Counted from the first letter of the stretch, positions 37,001 to 50,470 are shown. The stretch is 64,000 nt of DNA from Takakia lepidozioides (GCA_030704615.1 CM060734.1:38812001-38876000), one strand, 5' to 3'. Notes: a model not told the origin generated them from the letters alone. A program made the numbers and translations.

Positions 37001-38807
37001 AAGTACTCGTCTCGAGGTTGATATGGAGTCTAGAGGTTGTTTCCACGAAGGCCAAGCTGGCTTTCGGCGAAACAGGGGCTGTGTGGATCATATCTTCACT
37101 CTAAGCCAGATTATCTAGGGAAGGAAAAAAGAAGGGAAACCCACTTATGTTTTTTTCCTGGATGTCAAAAAGGCTTATGACACAGTGTGGAGAGATGGCC
37201 TATGGTTCCGCCTCTGGTCTTGTGGGATGAAGGGAAAGATGTGGAGAGTTGTCCACAACTTGTATGCTCACACCAAAAGCTGTGTCATTGTTAACGGACA
37301 GAAGTCCAACTTCTTTGACATAGACCAAGGTGTAGCTCAAGGATGTACTCTCTCCCCACTGCTCTTCAATGTTTTCATCAATCAACTCCTCGAGGATGTG
37401 GAAAGTGAGGGATTTGGGTTAAGGGTGGGTGATACCACCATACCAGCCCTTATATTTGCGGATGACTTCGCAGGCATAGGGGAGACTCCAACCAATCTCC
37501 AGGAGTTGATTGATTGTGCGAAGAGATACTTTGATCTTTGGGGGCTAGAGGCTAATGTCAGCAAATGTGCAGTGGTAGCATTCAACAACAGAGGAGAGGG
37601 AGGAAGTGATCTTAAGTGGCAGTGGGGTAGCCAAGAGATCCCGGTCCTCCCTTCCTACACTTACTTGGGCGTTGAGTTTTCCTCCAATTGTAATTGGGAT
37701 GCACATATCCGGAAAGTTGTTCAAACTGGCAAGGGCAAAGCTCTGGGGCTCACTAAATTTTTCCACTGCAGAGGGGTCAACTCTGAGGTTAAGAAAACCA
37801 TGCTTTGTCGCGTTATTAGACCTGCCTTGGAGTACGGATCTGCTATATGGGTTGATAACTCCAACCAGGCTAAGTCTCTAGAATCCATTCAAGTGGGGGT
37901 GCTTAAGGAGTGTATGTCAGCATGCTCCAAAACAGCCAATGTGGTTGTTCGGGGTGAGTTTGGCATTCCGTCCTTAAGCTCCCGACGAGATGAATTCAAG
38001 GTCAGATGGTGGGGTCAGCTACAACATATGCCTGGCAACACCAGATATCCTAAGTTAATCGACTCTATATCTTGGAAACAGGACCGCCCTGTCAAACAGG
38101 CTAAGTCTTGGCAGAAGAGAGTAGAAGAGATTCTCAAGGACCTGGACCTGGATCCGCAAGTCTTGACCCTGCTGGATAAATCTGACTTAGAGGCTGTAGT
38201 GTCCTCAGCCATGTCTGTTGCCATGAGATTGTCTGATGAAAATGAAGTTAGGCAGAAAACTTCCCTGAACTTGTTTCCAGTCACTGACATGGGGGAGGAA
38301 ATCTTGGATGACCTCAAGGGTCTACCCACTCTCGGCACTAGACTGAAATTTAAACTCAGGGCAGGAAGCCTACCTTTGAACAGCAAACAGAAGCAGAGAG
38401 GAAATGGAGAGTAAAATTGCCCGCTGTGTGGGCAATCTGAAGATAGTATTCACTTTCTGATACACTGTCCGGGGTTCTCTCACCAAAGAGACGCTCTCTT
38501 CAATTCTATCAAGGGAATTGTGCCTCTACACCCGTTTAACAACTTTGAAAGTCTCGAGGCTGAGCCAAAAGCCCAGGCCCTCCTGAGGCCTAGTTTTTGG
38601 GCAAATCACACACAGCAGATTGATGCTTGTGTGAAGGGATTTCTAGAGGATATCTGGAAAACCCGGATTAATTCTATATATGATGGTAAGTCACACTACC
38701 AACGTCAGCCCCTGACAGAGGTAGGTTCTGTCCCTTTTGTTCCCGCTCAAACTGGGCGCGGGGTCAATGGCCACAAGGCTACGGCAAACAACGTCTTATG
38801 AGTACAA
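34081..38807 (+). mobile_element. Apparently full-length non-LTR retrotransposon (APE + RT + C-terminal CCHC; RTEX/L2-like), disrupted
   Basis: 17-bp TSD TATAAGGGCTTGGCAGT at 34064-34080 and 38808-38824. APE motifs QETW, VYMP, GDFNARVG, DYI, SDH. RT motifs QAGFR, FLDVKKAYD, GVAQGCTLSPLLF, FADD, YLG. CPLC..HFLIHC at ~38418-38470. Several stops and frameshifts. Confidence 0.95.
34805..35215 (+). repeat. 3 x 141-bp (47 aa) in-frame repeat in the LINE ORF
   Basis: Units start at 34805, 34946 and 35087: GQ..PKC.EPER...EGFGTLNGLPILKVYTRR..SIHGVIV. Confidence 0.95.
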
Positions 38808-38904
38808 TATAAGGGCTTGGCAGTATGAAATTGGTTAGTGTCTCAAGGTGCAGATGAAACATGCAAACATATTTAGATTGTAAGCAACACCCACCAGTCA
38901 AACT

Positions 38905-39465
38905 CATCCTCAGAAGAGATTGATACACCAAAATTTCTCAGGGTTGTTGGTGCGCAGGCTTTTGTCAAGGGCTTGATATCATCATCGGTCAACCCAAAGT
39001 CAAAGTCATCAAGGTTCTACTTCAATCTCTCCATCTTGTCTGACTTAGGAATGACAATTGTCTTGTGCTCAATGCCCCAGCGCAGCGCAATTTGTGCCGG
39101 TGTCTTGTTGTACTTTCTTGGCAATCCATGTAGTGTGTTTATAGTGTGTGTGAGAGAGAGAGGGAAACAAGAGATCACGCCTTACATAGAGTAGTGAATC
39201 ACAACTGAAGTCAATAATTCATAAGGGAGCACTTAGGGAAGATGCAGACCTGAAGAACAACGTCATCAAGACACGAAACGGTGCCCAACAAATTCCGTGT
39301 TATCAACCCCACCACCCAATGGCGTGTGGGCAGTGACAGCTATCCCATGCTTCTGGTAGAAATTCACCAATGATTCACGCTGGAAGTAAGGATAGGTTTC
39401 GATGCTGGCTTAATCTTTGAATATGCAAGGAAGTCCCGGGTCAAAAAGATGTTGTAATTACTGCC
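38905..39465 (-). pseudogene. Aldo-keto reductase (mannose-6-P reductase / sorbitol-6-P dehydrogenase-like) 3' fragment
   Basis: SNYNIFLTRDFL..IETYPYFQRESLVNFYQKHGIAVTAHTPLGG and KYNKTPAQIALRWGIEHKTIVIPKSDKMERLK. Two exons with stops and frameshifts. Confidence 0.8.
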
Positions 39466-41019
39466 AAACACATGCCGATTAGAAAGGAGAGAGCCCATCC
39501 TTGCTCGCACAGGGTCCGAGAAAGATGATGCTGGCTTGCTGGTCTACAATTTCAATCAAATGTCAATACATAGAAGATAAAGGTATAGAAAACTGCAGAG
39601 ATGAGGATAAAATAGTACAAAAAGGAAAACTAGACCGGGAGAAAAGAGAGGAAGTGCAAGGATTCCCCTAAGCTTAGTCCCAAATATTACATCCAGAACA
39701 TAATCAAAACAAGACCTTGTCAATTCCTGAAGTTCGCATAGCATGGACTTACAATTGCATCTGTCTCGCCAACAATATGCCGCTCCGTCATATCTCCTCG
39801 ATGCAAGACCAGCAAGCACAAATCTGCATTGTGGGTTGAAATCTCACCTAAGGTTAAGTTGGCAAAATAAAAAGGGTGGAAATAGATGGAAATACAGAAC
39901 ATAATTTTGGATGGGTATTAGGGACAACTTAACACACCAAATTACCGTTATTATGGTTATTTTGAAGATGTTAGAAGGGGAATGGAGCCCATTATTGAAA
40001 GCCCATTAATATGCTAATAAGCCCGTTAAGAAGCTAAAAAGATAACCACCATGAAGCCGAAGTTTAGGAGATCGCGCCATAATGACAGCAGCCAAAATTG
40101 AATCGAAATCACTTCATCGATGATACCATTGTTTCTCAGTAACTCCAAGGAAAGTCAGCAACTCACTTCCTGGTGATGGAAGCATAAGGAAGGAGACTTC
40201 TCTCGTGTTCTTTTCAGCGAGTGAAGCCAAGTGATAATTCTTGGTCCATATCTGCTGAATTACAAAGACAACGCACACACACCAACAAAGGCATTTCAGG
40301 GAAGGTGTCTCACTAGCATAACTCGCCTTGAACTCATCGACAGCCATACCACCCACCCTGGCTTTCACTTCACGCTGAAAAGTAAGTCTCCCGGGGACCT
40401 CTGTGCTTCTCTGCGAATTTACCACTTCCCTCTATTCCCCCCTTCAACTCGTCATGATGTCAATTGCATCCCCTCTCTTTTCTCCCATACCATAACCTCT
40501 CTCAATTTTCTATGTCAACGAGAGGGGAAAGAAGGAAAGAGAAAATAGAAGTTTGTTGCGACCACAGGAGTGCGTCACAATGTAACCCCCAGTCTAAGAA
40601 ACCCAAACATTGCTTGGCGATGGAGTGCCTCATGCAGGTAGAATGCTAGTCAATTTGTTCCTTGTAACTGAAGCCCACTGCCAGGGAATTTCTCTACATT
40701 ATCATTTCTTATATATCATAGTTACTGTATCTTCATTCAGACTGCTGGCGCTCTCTGAAAAATGACAAGCATTTATGCTCACATGTATAGCGTATCTCTA
40801 AAGTGGCCATATTGTATACCTCAAGTAAGCCACTACGGGTGTTTTTTTCAGAAGTTTAGAGCTCAAGTAGGTTACTGAAGTTAAGCCAGCACACAATGGA
40901 AGACTGCTGACCGTGTGACACTTGAGCATTGGTGACAAAACCCTGCCAATTCCTCACAACGTGTAGGGAATTCCAAAAATTCCCATTGTTTAATGGATCT
41001 CAACTCACAAATGCACCAA

Positions 41020-41300
41020 CCTCTATAGGTATACCAAAGAGGATCACTTCTACATAATGACGATACCTCTACTAGCATATATAGCTAAGTTTCTTTGTAA
41101 ATCAAGCGTTATACCTCTGTTGGTATACTAATCAGGGCTACTACCTCATGACAATACCTCCACATAAATATACACTGATTTAGCAAAATTTATTTGTAAA
41201 TCAAACGCTATACCTCTATAGGTATACCAAACAGGGAAACTACCTCATGACAATACCTCTACCTACATATAGACTAATTTTGACTTAGTTTCTTTGGAAT
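41020..41300. repeat. Partial copy of the ~100-bp array
   Basis: 41057-41300 aligns directly with ~46718-46965. Confidence 0.9.
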
Positions 41301-41342
41301 GCAACAGATGTCAATGGATCCCAATTCTTATTTTTTTGGCAG

Positions 41343-44300
41343 GTTCACAAATGTGTGCACGATATAGAAATGTCCAAACAAGAAGTCTGGACGCACCACT
41401 TGCAGGATATTTGACCCTAATTGTGCATCACAAAACAATGAGGATTCTTTAGTACAGAACTTGCCACAAATCCCGCGACGAGTAAGTGCATTTGTAGGGC
41501 ATATTCGACAGCAAGGTGAGCGTTTTGCATATCCACCCAGATTTGGATCTTCTTCAAGATCAAATGTACCAGCACCACCCCAAGGCCAAGGTCACGACGT
41601 CCAAGGTATGGCAAATGTACCAAGTCTTTGTGGACCTACTCAAATTGGCACTGTCAATGACTTGAATGTTTCTGTTCCTCTCGAAACATTTGCGAGTCGA
41701 GAACACAAAGAAGAAGACAGCCTCAAGCATCTTCTAATGTGCCTCCCAAAGATATTCAACGGCGCATCCATATGCTTCCAAGGTCAACAGAGTGGTCAAC
41801 CTATCGTGAGGCTTTAACGCCATTGATTTCCAACTGGGTTCCAGACAACCCAGTTGTTTTGGTCTCTCTCAAAGCAAACCTTCAGTGGGGTGGGCAAATC
41901 TATCCCGAGCCATTCTGTCTTGGAACAGTGGAGTTTCAGATTGCTGCCCACTTTGCACAACTTGAGCCTCATCGTCAAACACCTACACCACGTGTGACAG
42001 GGTGTTTTTTCAAACGGACCAGGAGAGCAACAGGCAAATATTTTCTCGAGCCATTGATCCGAAAACGTGGGGCTCTATGGGGCCGATTGCCAACAACAAC
42101 ATTTGTTGTTTACATCCCTGATAGCAGCGAGGTTTCATATGTTCCTGATGTAAGCACAATCCCAAGTGATGGAATTGTTGCTTATCAACAATTCCTAAGA
42201 AATCCACCTAAGAAGAGGGATAGAAGGTGTAAGGAGGTTGACAATGAAAGAAGGTCCAATGCCCATGGATGGCGATGTGGTAGTGCACAGATCAGACCTA
42301 TGGAGATTGAAGATTCTCAATCTCGGTCCTCATCAAGCGATGGTGAACCTTTTCATATGAGCCCACCACAAGTTCAAGATGTTCATCTCATCCAAGTGCC
42401 CCAAGATGTTCGAAGGGTCCAAAGGCCTTATGGTATGACAACATCTCACATTGAAGTTGATAGTACGTCACAAGTACCAAAACGTGTCAGAGGTTCAAAT
42501 GGGGTAAGGCCTTCTACGACCCTGCACACCGCGGGATTAAACAGTGATGTGTCTTCGTTTGGATTGATAGAACAATCAAGTGACAATATTCCGACTAGCA
42601 GCCTTGGAGATTCAGATTCAGAATTTATGAGTGAGCCGCCTCGAGGTGGATGTAGGGACGTGCAACGGGGGAATGTCCAAGGTCACTACAATCTGGCATT
42701 ACCTGCACCGCCAATCACAACAACGCATGTTGGTATGTCCTCCTCATCTAGTATGATTGTTAATGAGATGGACATAATCTCCTCAACACCCACTCATTGT
42801 ACATGGGCAACTGAAGATGAAGTTCTCAACAAGATGGCAGAGACATTGATCAAACATCAAGAGGCATACTTCAAGGCATTGGGGGAACGTGATGTTAAAT
42901 CTGCATATGAAGCACTTGATGTCCACAAGGATGAACAGGGATCCCAAGCTTTTTGGTCAGCTTTTGATATGTTTAAAGTTGAGCTCCATACAGATTCTTT
43001 CAATGATGAAGTGTTGAGACGTATTGGTAACGAGCTCTTTAAAAGAAAAGAGCTTCGCAGGGGTTCCACTACATCTGAGGCTAATATCAGTAGGGTTACT
43101 ATGCACCTCATGAGCATGTATAATCCTGGTGATATTCGAATTCAGTTTTGAGCTCATGGTGCGACCTTTTTGGAAAGATTGGGATGCATGGGATCTAGCT
43201 ATCTTTAAGTCCTCGAATGCTGGTCTATGTATCCCAACAGTAGAAGAGATTCTACAACACTACAACATCAATGGAGGTTCTCTAGGTGATGAAGATCACA
43301 CCTTCAGTCAAAGAATTCATGAGACATTGAAGTTATCTGCTTTTACCAAATTTTCAAGGGCCCACCTTGAGCTTATGTGTTGCTCAGACAAAATTGAGAC
43401 TCACCAAGATGAGGCGACACTTTTGCAATCAAGAGAGAAGGTTGATGAAGCCATATTGAAATACCAACGGTATTATATGAGTCAAATTGTTTTCAAGCCG
43501 TACAAAAGATGGTTGGGCTTTTCCAACATCACTATTACCAAGATTCCGGTGAGTTCATGCACTGTCATGATCGTATTTAATTTTGTAAGCTTGCTTTCAT
43601 TTAGAATTAGACATTTCGAAGTTGTTGAAATTTCCGTGTTGTTTTTCAAGGTGACCCAAACGAAGGAGCTTCAAGCTTTCAACCTTCAATGGAATGAGAT
43701 CAAACATGAAAGAGCTTGCTATAGACCAAAGGTTGAATTTATTCATTCCAGCGGCATTGTTGAAAGATTGACTATCGATGAAGATGGTTTGCGTGATGCA
43801 TGGCTTACAAATACTTGGAAGCAATTTTGGTCCACCTCTTTCGTAAGCAGTAAACACAAACTTTTTTCATGTCTTAAGATTATTTGTAATCTTTTGCTTT
43901 GATGCAAATTTTGCATACTTAGGGATGTTTTTTGTGATTTTTGTATTTTATGACAAACTTGAATTGTACTAGCAAAGACTGATGATTTTGTTGTTGGTTC
44001 ACAGAGCTACAATTCCATATTTGAATATCCTGATAATCGTCAAGGAAAGTTGTTGCATCCAAAATTGGATTCTGAGGTCATACGCATAGACATTCAACTG
44101 GATGCGGTGAGATTTGGATTGCAAAGTCATTTGTTTTATATTGACATGCATGAATTATATTTGAAGATACTCCCAAGACAGTCATTTCTTGTGTTTGAAT
44201 GTTAGGTATCATTGTTGATTCTTACTATTTGTTTGTGTATATTGCAGGCCAAAATGCTAGGGCATTTGATCTTCATGCTCGCATCGACCAAATTGGAAGT

Positions 44301-45087
44301 CTCAAGACCTTTTTCATTCGCAACTTTGGTCATGTTTTGTGACCAAGTCCCCGAGTCCAAAAACATGTCCATTGGTGTGGAGTCCAAAATGAAAAAGGAT
44401 TTAGAACGTGATTTTCGATTGGGCTGGGTTGCAAAATGGTCAATCTTAAATTGCCTTAGAAAATCAAGAGAGGAGGCAATGAAATTAATTCGAAGACTCC
44501 AAGAGGACGAAACACATGAAGACTTGGCTTGGACATTCTCGGATTTCAATCTAACAGAAGAAAATTGGGAATCTGAAGTTGAGCACAAGATTGGAGCCAT
44601 TGTTTGGAGTCATCTTTTCAATGGACGCAATTTGATTGTGAAGGCAATGCAAGAGGGGTTTTACATGGCTGTGGAACAAGCACCATGTGCACCCACCATG
44701 AATGATTGAATGAAAGATAGTTTGAAAGGCATATCTCCTGATACAATGCGTGTTGTATTCAATGGTGCTTGTGCAATTGAAGCAAGTGATTTCTTGAGGA
44801 AGTGCCGATTTGATGTATCTATATTGCCCCTCCAACAAAAATGGTTTCGAGATTGTGTGGATCAAATGACCTATGCTGAGAGGTCTCGATTGGCTATTTT
44901 TATCACTGGATTGGAGTACTTTGGCGGCAAAGACATCAATATACAACTTCTCAATCAACATGATTATCCATGCATTCAAGCAAGTACTTGCTTTCAAGTT
45001 CTATATCTTCCCCCATACAAGGATGCCTCAATGATGATGACGAAGATTAACTATTCTACCATGGATAGTAGTTATGGTCGTGCATGA
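41343..45087 (+). pseudogene. HECT-domain E3 ubiquitin ligase-like gene; spliced and disrupted
   Basis: KVEF..E..IDEDGLRDAWL (N-lobe), AKMLGHLIFML, WFRDCVDQMTYAERSRLAIFITG and QASTCFQVLYLPPY (catalytic Cys), ending SYGRA*. Frameshifts at ~41750-41810 and ~43140, TGA at 44707. Confidence 0.75.
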
Positions 45088-45269
45088 CATGTGGAGGTGA
45101 AGGGCTGTTTGAGTGTGAGTCATGGCTCAAACAGAGGGGTTGATTTTGTGGTATCATAGATAATTGAAGTGCTCTTGGAGTGGTACTGTGAGTGTGACAT
45201 CTGGTTGAATGTTAAGTGTTACAAGTTCGCTGAGTATATGTGAGAGTAAGAATCATGGTAAATGTGAGA

Positions 45270-45400
45270 ATTCGAGTGCAAGTTCAAATGCAAGTGAAAG
45301 TTTGAGTGCGAGTTTAAGTTTGAGTGCGAAGTTGAGTTTGAGTGCGAGGTTAAAGGCAAGTTGGAATGTCAGTTCGAGTGCGAGTTCAAGTGCAAGTCTG
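45270..45400. repeat. Degenerate 6-bp minisatellite (GAGTGC/GAGTTT/AAGTTC)
   Basis: gagtgcaagttcaaatgcaagt...gagtgcgagtttaagtttgagtgcg... Confidence 0.7.
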
Positions 45401-46329
45401 GGTAGATTATAGAGGGTTTGAATCTGAAGATTCCATGGCGTCCGGCCAGATCCAATCGTGTGTTAGAGAATGCCTTGTGGCGAAAGGATGAGATTTTATG
45501 AACGAAGCAAATCAACAAAGTATGAGAAGGGGTTAAGGAAAAAGAAGAGATGCAAAAGAAGATGATAGAGAGATGGAGGGAACTTGTCTTCCATTGATTA
45601 TGTTTGTTTATATCTGTTGAGAAGGATTGAAGTAAAGAGAGACACAATAGTGTCAAAGGGAGGAGAGAGTGGGAATATGTCTCTTTAAGTTCGCCCTGAC
45701 CGAAAAGAGAGCTCAACAAGGAAGGAAAAGAGACGGGGGCAACATTGGGGCAAGTGTCGTTGGCCCCCTTTTGTTTGTATTGGCTTTGGAGAGGTGTCAT
45801 CTGGTTGTGGCCCATGGATGGGAATCCATTTTTGTTGTCGGTTGTTACATTTTCCAGCTGTTGGTGACTTTTGCACAGACGTCATCAATGGATGAGGATT
45901 TTGACAGTGAGGTATAGCTGCAGTCCCCTATCTTCTTGCACCCATTAATGGAATGCTGCTATACTGCATATTTAATATGGTAAGTGGAGTACTCTACTAT
46001 AAAATATTTACTGGTTAGTTTTACTTTCTTATGCGCTGTATGAAGTGCTCTAATATGTTTTAGTCTTGGGGGAGAGGGTGGGAGAGAGGCCCACCTGCCG
46101 TATGATCAATTGGTCATGCCCTGTTGTTGTCCTTGAAAGCTAGTGAAATCTCACACATGTTTTAGGGTTTATCCAATGCCATATTAAGGTTTAGAAACAT
46201 CCCCAGCATTACGCAACTGGCAATAAGAAAGTGGGTAAGGTAACATGTGTTCACTAATTTGGGCACTCCTATGGTCTTATGCAGATAAGTCTGAGCTTTT
46301 GCTGTGCGGGAAGTCATTTTTCAGCTGCG

Positions 46330-47090
46330 ACCAGGGGCATATAGACTGAATTATCTTAGGTTTCTTTGTCTTCCAGACACTATATCTCTGTAGGTAAACC
46401 AAACAGGACTATTACCTCTTAACGATACCTCTACATGAATACAGCCTGATTTATCTTGAGTTTCTTTGTCTATCATGCGTTATATCTCTGTAGGTATACT
46501 AAACAGGGCAACTACCTCATAACGATACCTCAACCTGCATATAGGCTGATTTGACCAAGTTTCTTTGTAAGTCAGGCGCTATACCTCTGATGGTATACTA
46601 AACAGGGCTGTTGTCTTATGACGATACCTCCGCATAAATATAGATTAATTTGGCAAACTTTTCTTGTAAAATGAAATACTATACCTGTGTAGATATACCA
46701 AACAGGGCTACAACCTAATGATGATACCTCTACTAGTATATATAACTAAGTTTCTTTGTCAATCAAGTGTTATACCTCTGTCGGTATACTAATCAGGGCT
46801 ACTACCTCATGACAATATCTCTACATAAATATACACTGTTTGTGACATCAAATTTATTTGTAAATCAAACGTTATACTTCTGTAGGTATACCAAACAGGG
46901 AAACTACCTCATAACGATACCCTTACCTACATATAGTCTAGTTTTGACTAAGTTTCTTTGGAATCAAGCGCTGTACCTCTGTGAGTATACCAAACAGGGC
47001 TAGTACCCAATGACGATACCTCTACTTGCATATAGACTAATTTACCAAAGCTAACTAAGTTCCATTGTAATCAAGCGCTATACCGATACA
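46330..47090. repeat. ~100-bp tandem array (about 8 units) with the core palindrome TATACCT-CTGT-AGGTATA
   Basis: Core motif near 46381, 46481, 46580, 46680, 46771, 46873, 46972 and 47079 (partial). Confidence 0.9.
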
Positions 47091-47855
47091 CCTGCGCAAA
47101 GGGCGTCCATTCAGTAGAGGTTGAAACTTGATTTGGGCATCAAAAAGTAGACTCCTAACCTATCATGCCAAGTGATACCATTCATCATCATACCTATCAT
47201 ACCTATCATCATCATGCCAAGTGTAAGGTTGTTGACCACTTATGTGAGAAAAACAAATGTTACATGGAAGCAAAAAAATTCTACTTTGTGGTTGTACAGG
47301 CTACAGGAGTGTTCCAGAACCTGGAGAGATAGACCTCTTGGTGGCTATGGAAGATATGCAGCAGTTAGAGAAACCATGACTCCAATCAACAGAACACAAG
47401 TTAATAGATTTGAAACTCAAACTACATGGCATATAAGAGACAAGGGTGCAGCTATAAGTCCTGGTTGAATATTCGTGTCTCCATGAGTGTATATTCAGAT
47501 TTTTATTACTGTATGCAAAATTCTTAGATTATGAATAGAGGGTTCTTGAAAATGAGGCAAGTTGGTCATCATTGTCTTATATGTGGGGCAAACAAAGATT
47601 GTTGGAGATAAAAGGCGGCCTCATGAGCCTCACGTTGTGCACTTTCCAATGAAACCTCACAACCCTCCAAAGATCGTGCAACCCAAGCCTTGCCCCCAAG
47701 TAGTATGGTTGGGAGATGATAATGGTTTAGGGTGTATGGTTCAATATGGACAATAGATATGATGAAGGGAAAAGATGACATTTATTTAAACAGAAATCCT
47801 CAAAGTACATGACATAAAACAATTATCTTTGAATATGATTGTCCCACTTGTTCAC

Positions 47856-49593
47856 TTAATCACAATTACATACAAGAGCTTGTGTAATTAAAAGTTGGAG
47901 AGCTTCCCTACTTAACACGGTATTACCAATGAGGTCCAATTGATCAAAATATCTATGTTCATGCGTTGCCAAACCACAATACCGAGACATGTAGTAGTGA
48001 AGATGAAAACAAGAGATCGAATCTTTCCCAACCTTTCCAATTTCATAAGCTTGTGCACGGACACAAACCATGTCAGGAATGAGTTCAGCTACTTTGGTGG
48101 GAAGGTCATGCAAACCACCTGCACATCGCCACCGTTGATTCCCACGAGGCCCCAAGTCTTGGTTACCAATGTGTTGGGGGTCTTCCCTAAATCGTGGGTC
48201 ATCAATAAGGTGGCTGGTCCATCTACATGATCAAACACATCACCACATTAGAATAACATTCCAATGTAAATTGTAGCTTAACAATGAAAGTACAAACAAG
48301 AGAAAACCATGAGCTTACCCATGCAAACGTTCATACTCGCGAAAGAAACGAGTAGGAATATGTGATCGACGATATCGACCGTTTTCATTAATCGTGCGAA
48401 CTCGATGTCCATTCCAAATCTTCACGTATTCATCAACATCTTCTTATACTATGGGCATATATACGTGAATAAAAGATTTTCGTTGCCACGGATCGTCCAT
48501 ATCCAATAATCCATCATTGACCATTGCCTGGAAGGAATTTTTGTAGTAGAACATTACCTTCTCCCATAGATGCCGCCAAAAGTGTTCAATCCTCTAACGT
48601 GGTGATTACACCACACAAAATATTAGAAATATGCACAACATTACAAACTCAATGATTAATAGAGATGAACCGAGAAATATGACAGAAACATAAAGTTGAT
48701 ATGCAAGATAGAATTGTATAGAGCACTAACCTGATTGTGTGTGGAAGACCCAGTCAAGTACGGATTGGGTGTTTCAGAACGTGTGGCTTCAATGTGTTGT
48801 TTTATAAGAGAGTGCTCTACTGCAAAATCAGAGCGAATTCGTAAAGGTGCTCCAAACTTGGAAACTGCATCATGATATCCTTTGAAAATGGTTTTTTCTT
48901 TCTTGTTTCTTGCAACGTTCGCCCATAAAACAAAATGAGAGGCCCCATCAATGCCAGCATGTACTCGAAGAGCAAACATAACCAATTTGTCATAAGCTGC
49001 ACCACGAATTGCATACATGTTTTAGTTTGCCTACAATTTTGTGCGATATGTAATGCAAGAAAACATCTTGCATGTGCATCTTCAAAGAACATTAAGATGC
49101 ATGAAATAAAATACTTACAGTCAATGTGCCATAGAGCCATAGACATTGTCACATTGTACTGAGTCCTCCGAATTGCCTGTGCCTTTCTCCTACGCTCATA
49201 ATGGTAGGGTGAGATGATTTTCAAAGCTTCCCCCACCTTCATTCGAGAAATCCGCAAATTTGACCTCCTTAAGGCAGATTGCACTGTTCTCATTCCCCAA
49301 TTTGTCCCATTCTCTTCAATAGGAAGTAACTCTTGAATCTTTTCACACAAGCGTTGGACACTCAATTGATGATGAACTTTGAAAGGAGACCCTTGGACTT
49401 CTGATAGCAATCTTCTCAATGGTCGTACATCATCAAAAGAAAGGGTAGTGACGATTGATTTCATTGTGGCACCCTCATTCAACATTGCTTCCACATAAAG
49501 TACTAAATCATCCACTACTTTGTCACCGTCCAAATGGTTGTTTTCCATGCTCACAGGATCTGTCTTATCTCTGCTTAATAGCCCCAGTGCCAA
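47856..49593 (-). pseudogene. Integrase-core (rve-like, IS3EU-like) DDE transposase; four or more exons, one nonsense codon
   Basis: Spliced LWHID|SYDKL..VHAGIDGASH..PLRIRSDFAVEH..GSSTHNQ|RIEHFWR..WNGHRVR. HTH-like WGMRTVQSALRRSNLRISRMKV upstream. TAA at ~48445. Confidence 0.82.
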
Positions 49594-50470
49594 TGCCTTC
49601 GACCTTGCCCTTGTTGTAGCTGTTTGCTGTTAATTCTGTAGTCACTGCATCCACTCACACACTCCCCATAGGACTTACGTCACTAAAGTTCACATAGGCT
49701 ATCAATTAGATGAACCAAATGTACTTTGAAATCAACAACTACTCTATCCTAAAATGTATTAGCAAACCACAGTACACAGTGTCGGCGGGTTGAAGACAAA
49801 CCATGTGATCAAGCTCTTTCTTTCTGTGTGTGTGTTGAGGAGCGTTTGGTAACCCACTCTACTACCACTAAAGTTCTCTCCTCAAAGCTCATGAGTCACC
49901 TGCACGTACACACGAAGTACAACTTTAGCTAAAATAATATCTTTATCAATGATTGGGGGAATTCATGCCAGTATGGGAATGTGCTTACTCATGGGCAGAT
50001 CTTGTCATTTGGTGATCCAAGAAGGCTTCCATAATACACAGCTCCACCACCGCTCCACAAATCTCTTGTTGTTGCATTCTTCTTTCGCTACTTCTTGTCC
50101 TCCAACTGATTTGATCCTTTCACTTTTAGTACACCTCTGTCCTAAAAACCCTTCATCACTTCATTCTCTCTCTCTCTCTCTCTCTCTCATCTCTCTCCTT
50201 TAGGCTACGCGACTCATCTCGTGACTTAGGCCTTACCACAAGCAAAGGATGGACGGGCAGCAGGTAGCAGGAATAGACGGGCAGCATGTATATTCAGCTT
50301 ATACTCTCATATGTATATGTGTATATAATGAATATATATATATGATATACGTTATATACAAAAATACATAATAATTATAGTTTGCAATTCAATTGAATTG
50401 CCAATTCACAATTCAATTGAATTGTGTACCGACAATTGAATTGAATTGCACATTTTTAGGGGGGTGATTA

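Larger units (their letters stand above)
40964..50470. mobile_element. Putative DNA transposon: integrase-core DDE transposase convergent with a HECT E3 ligase gene, with internal palindromic arrays
   Basis: TAGGGAATTCCAAAAA at 40964 matches the terminal motif of the end modules at 24244, 50471 and 51666. Arrays at 41020-41300 and 46330-47090. An inverted end module lies at 50251-50470, truncated before its terminal motif. No TSD confirmed. Confidence 0.5.
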
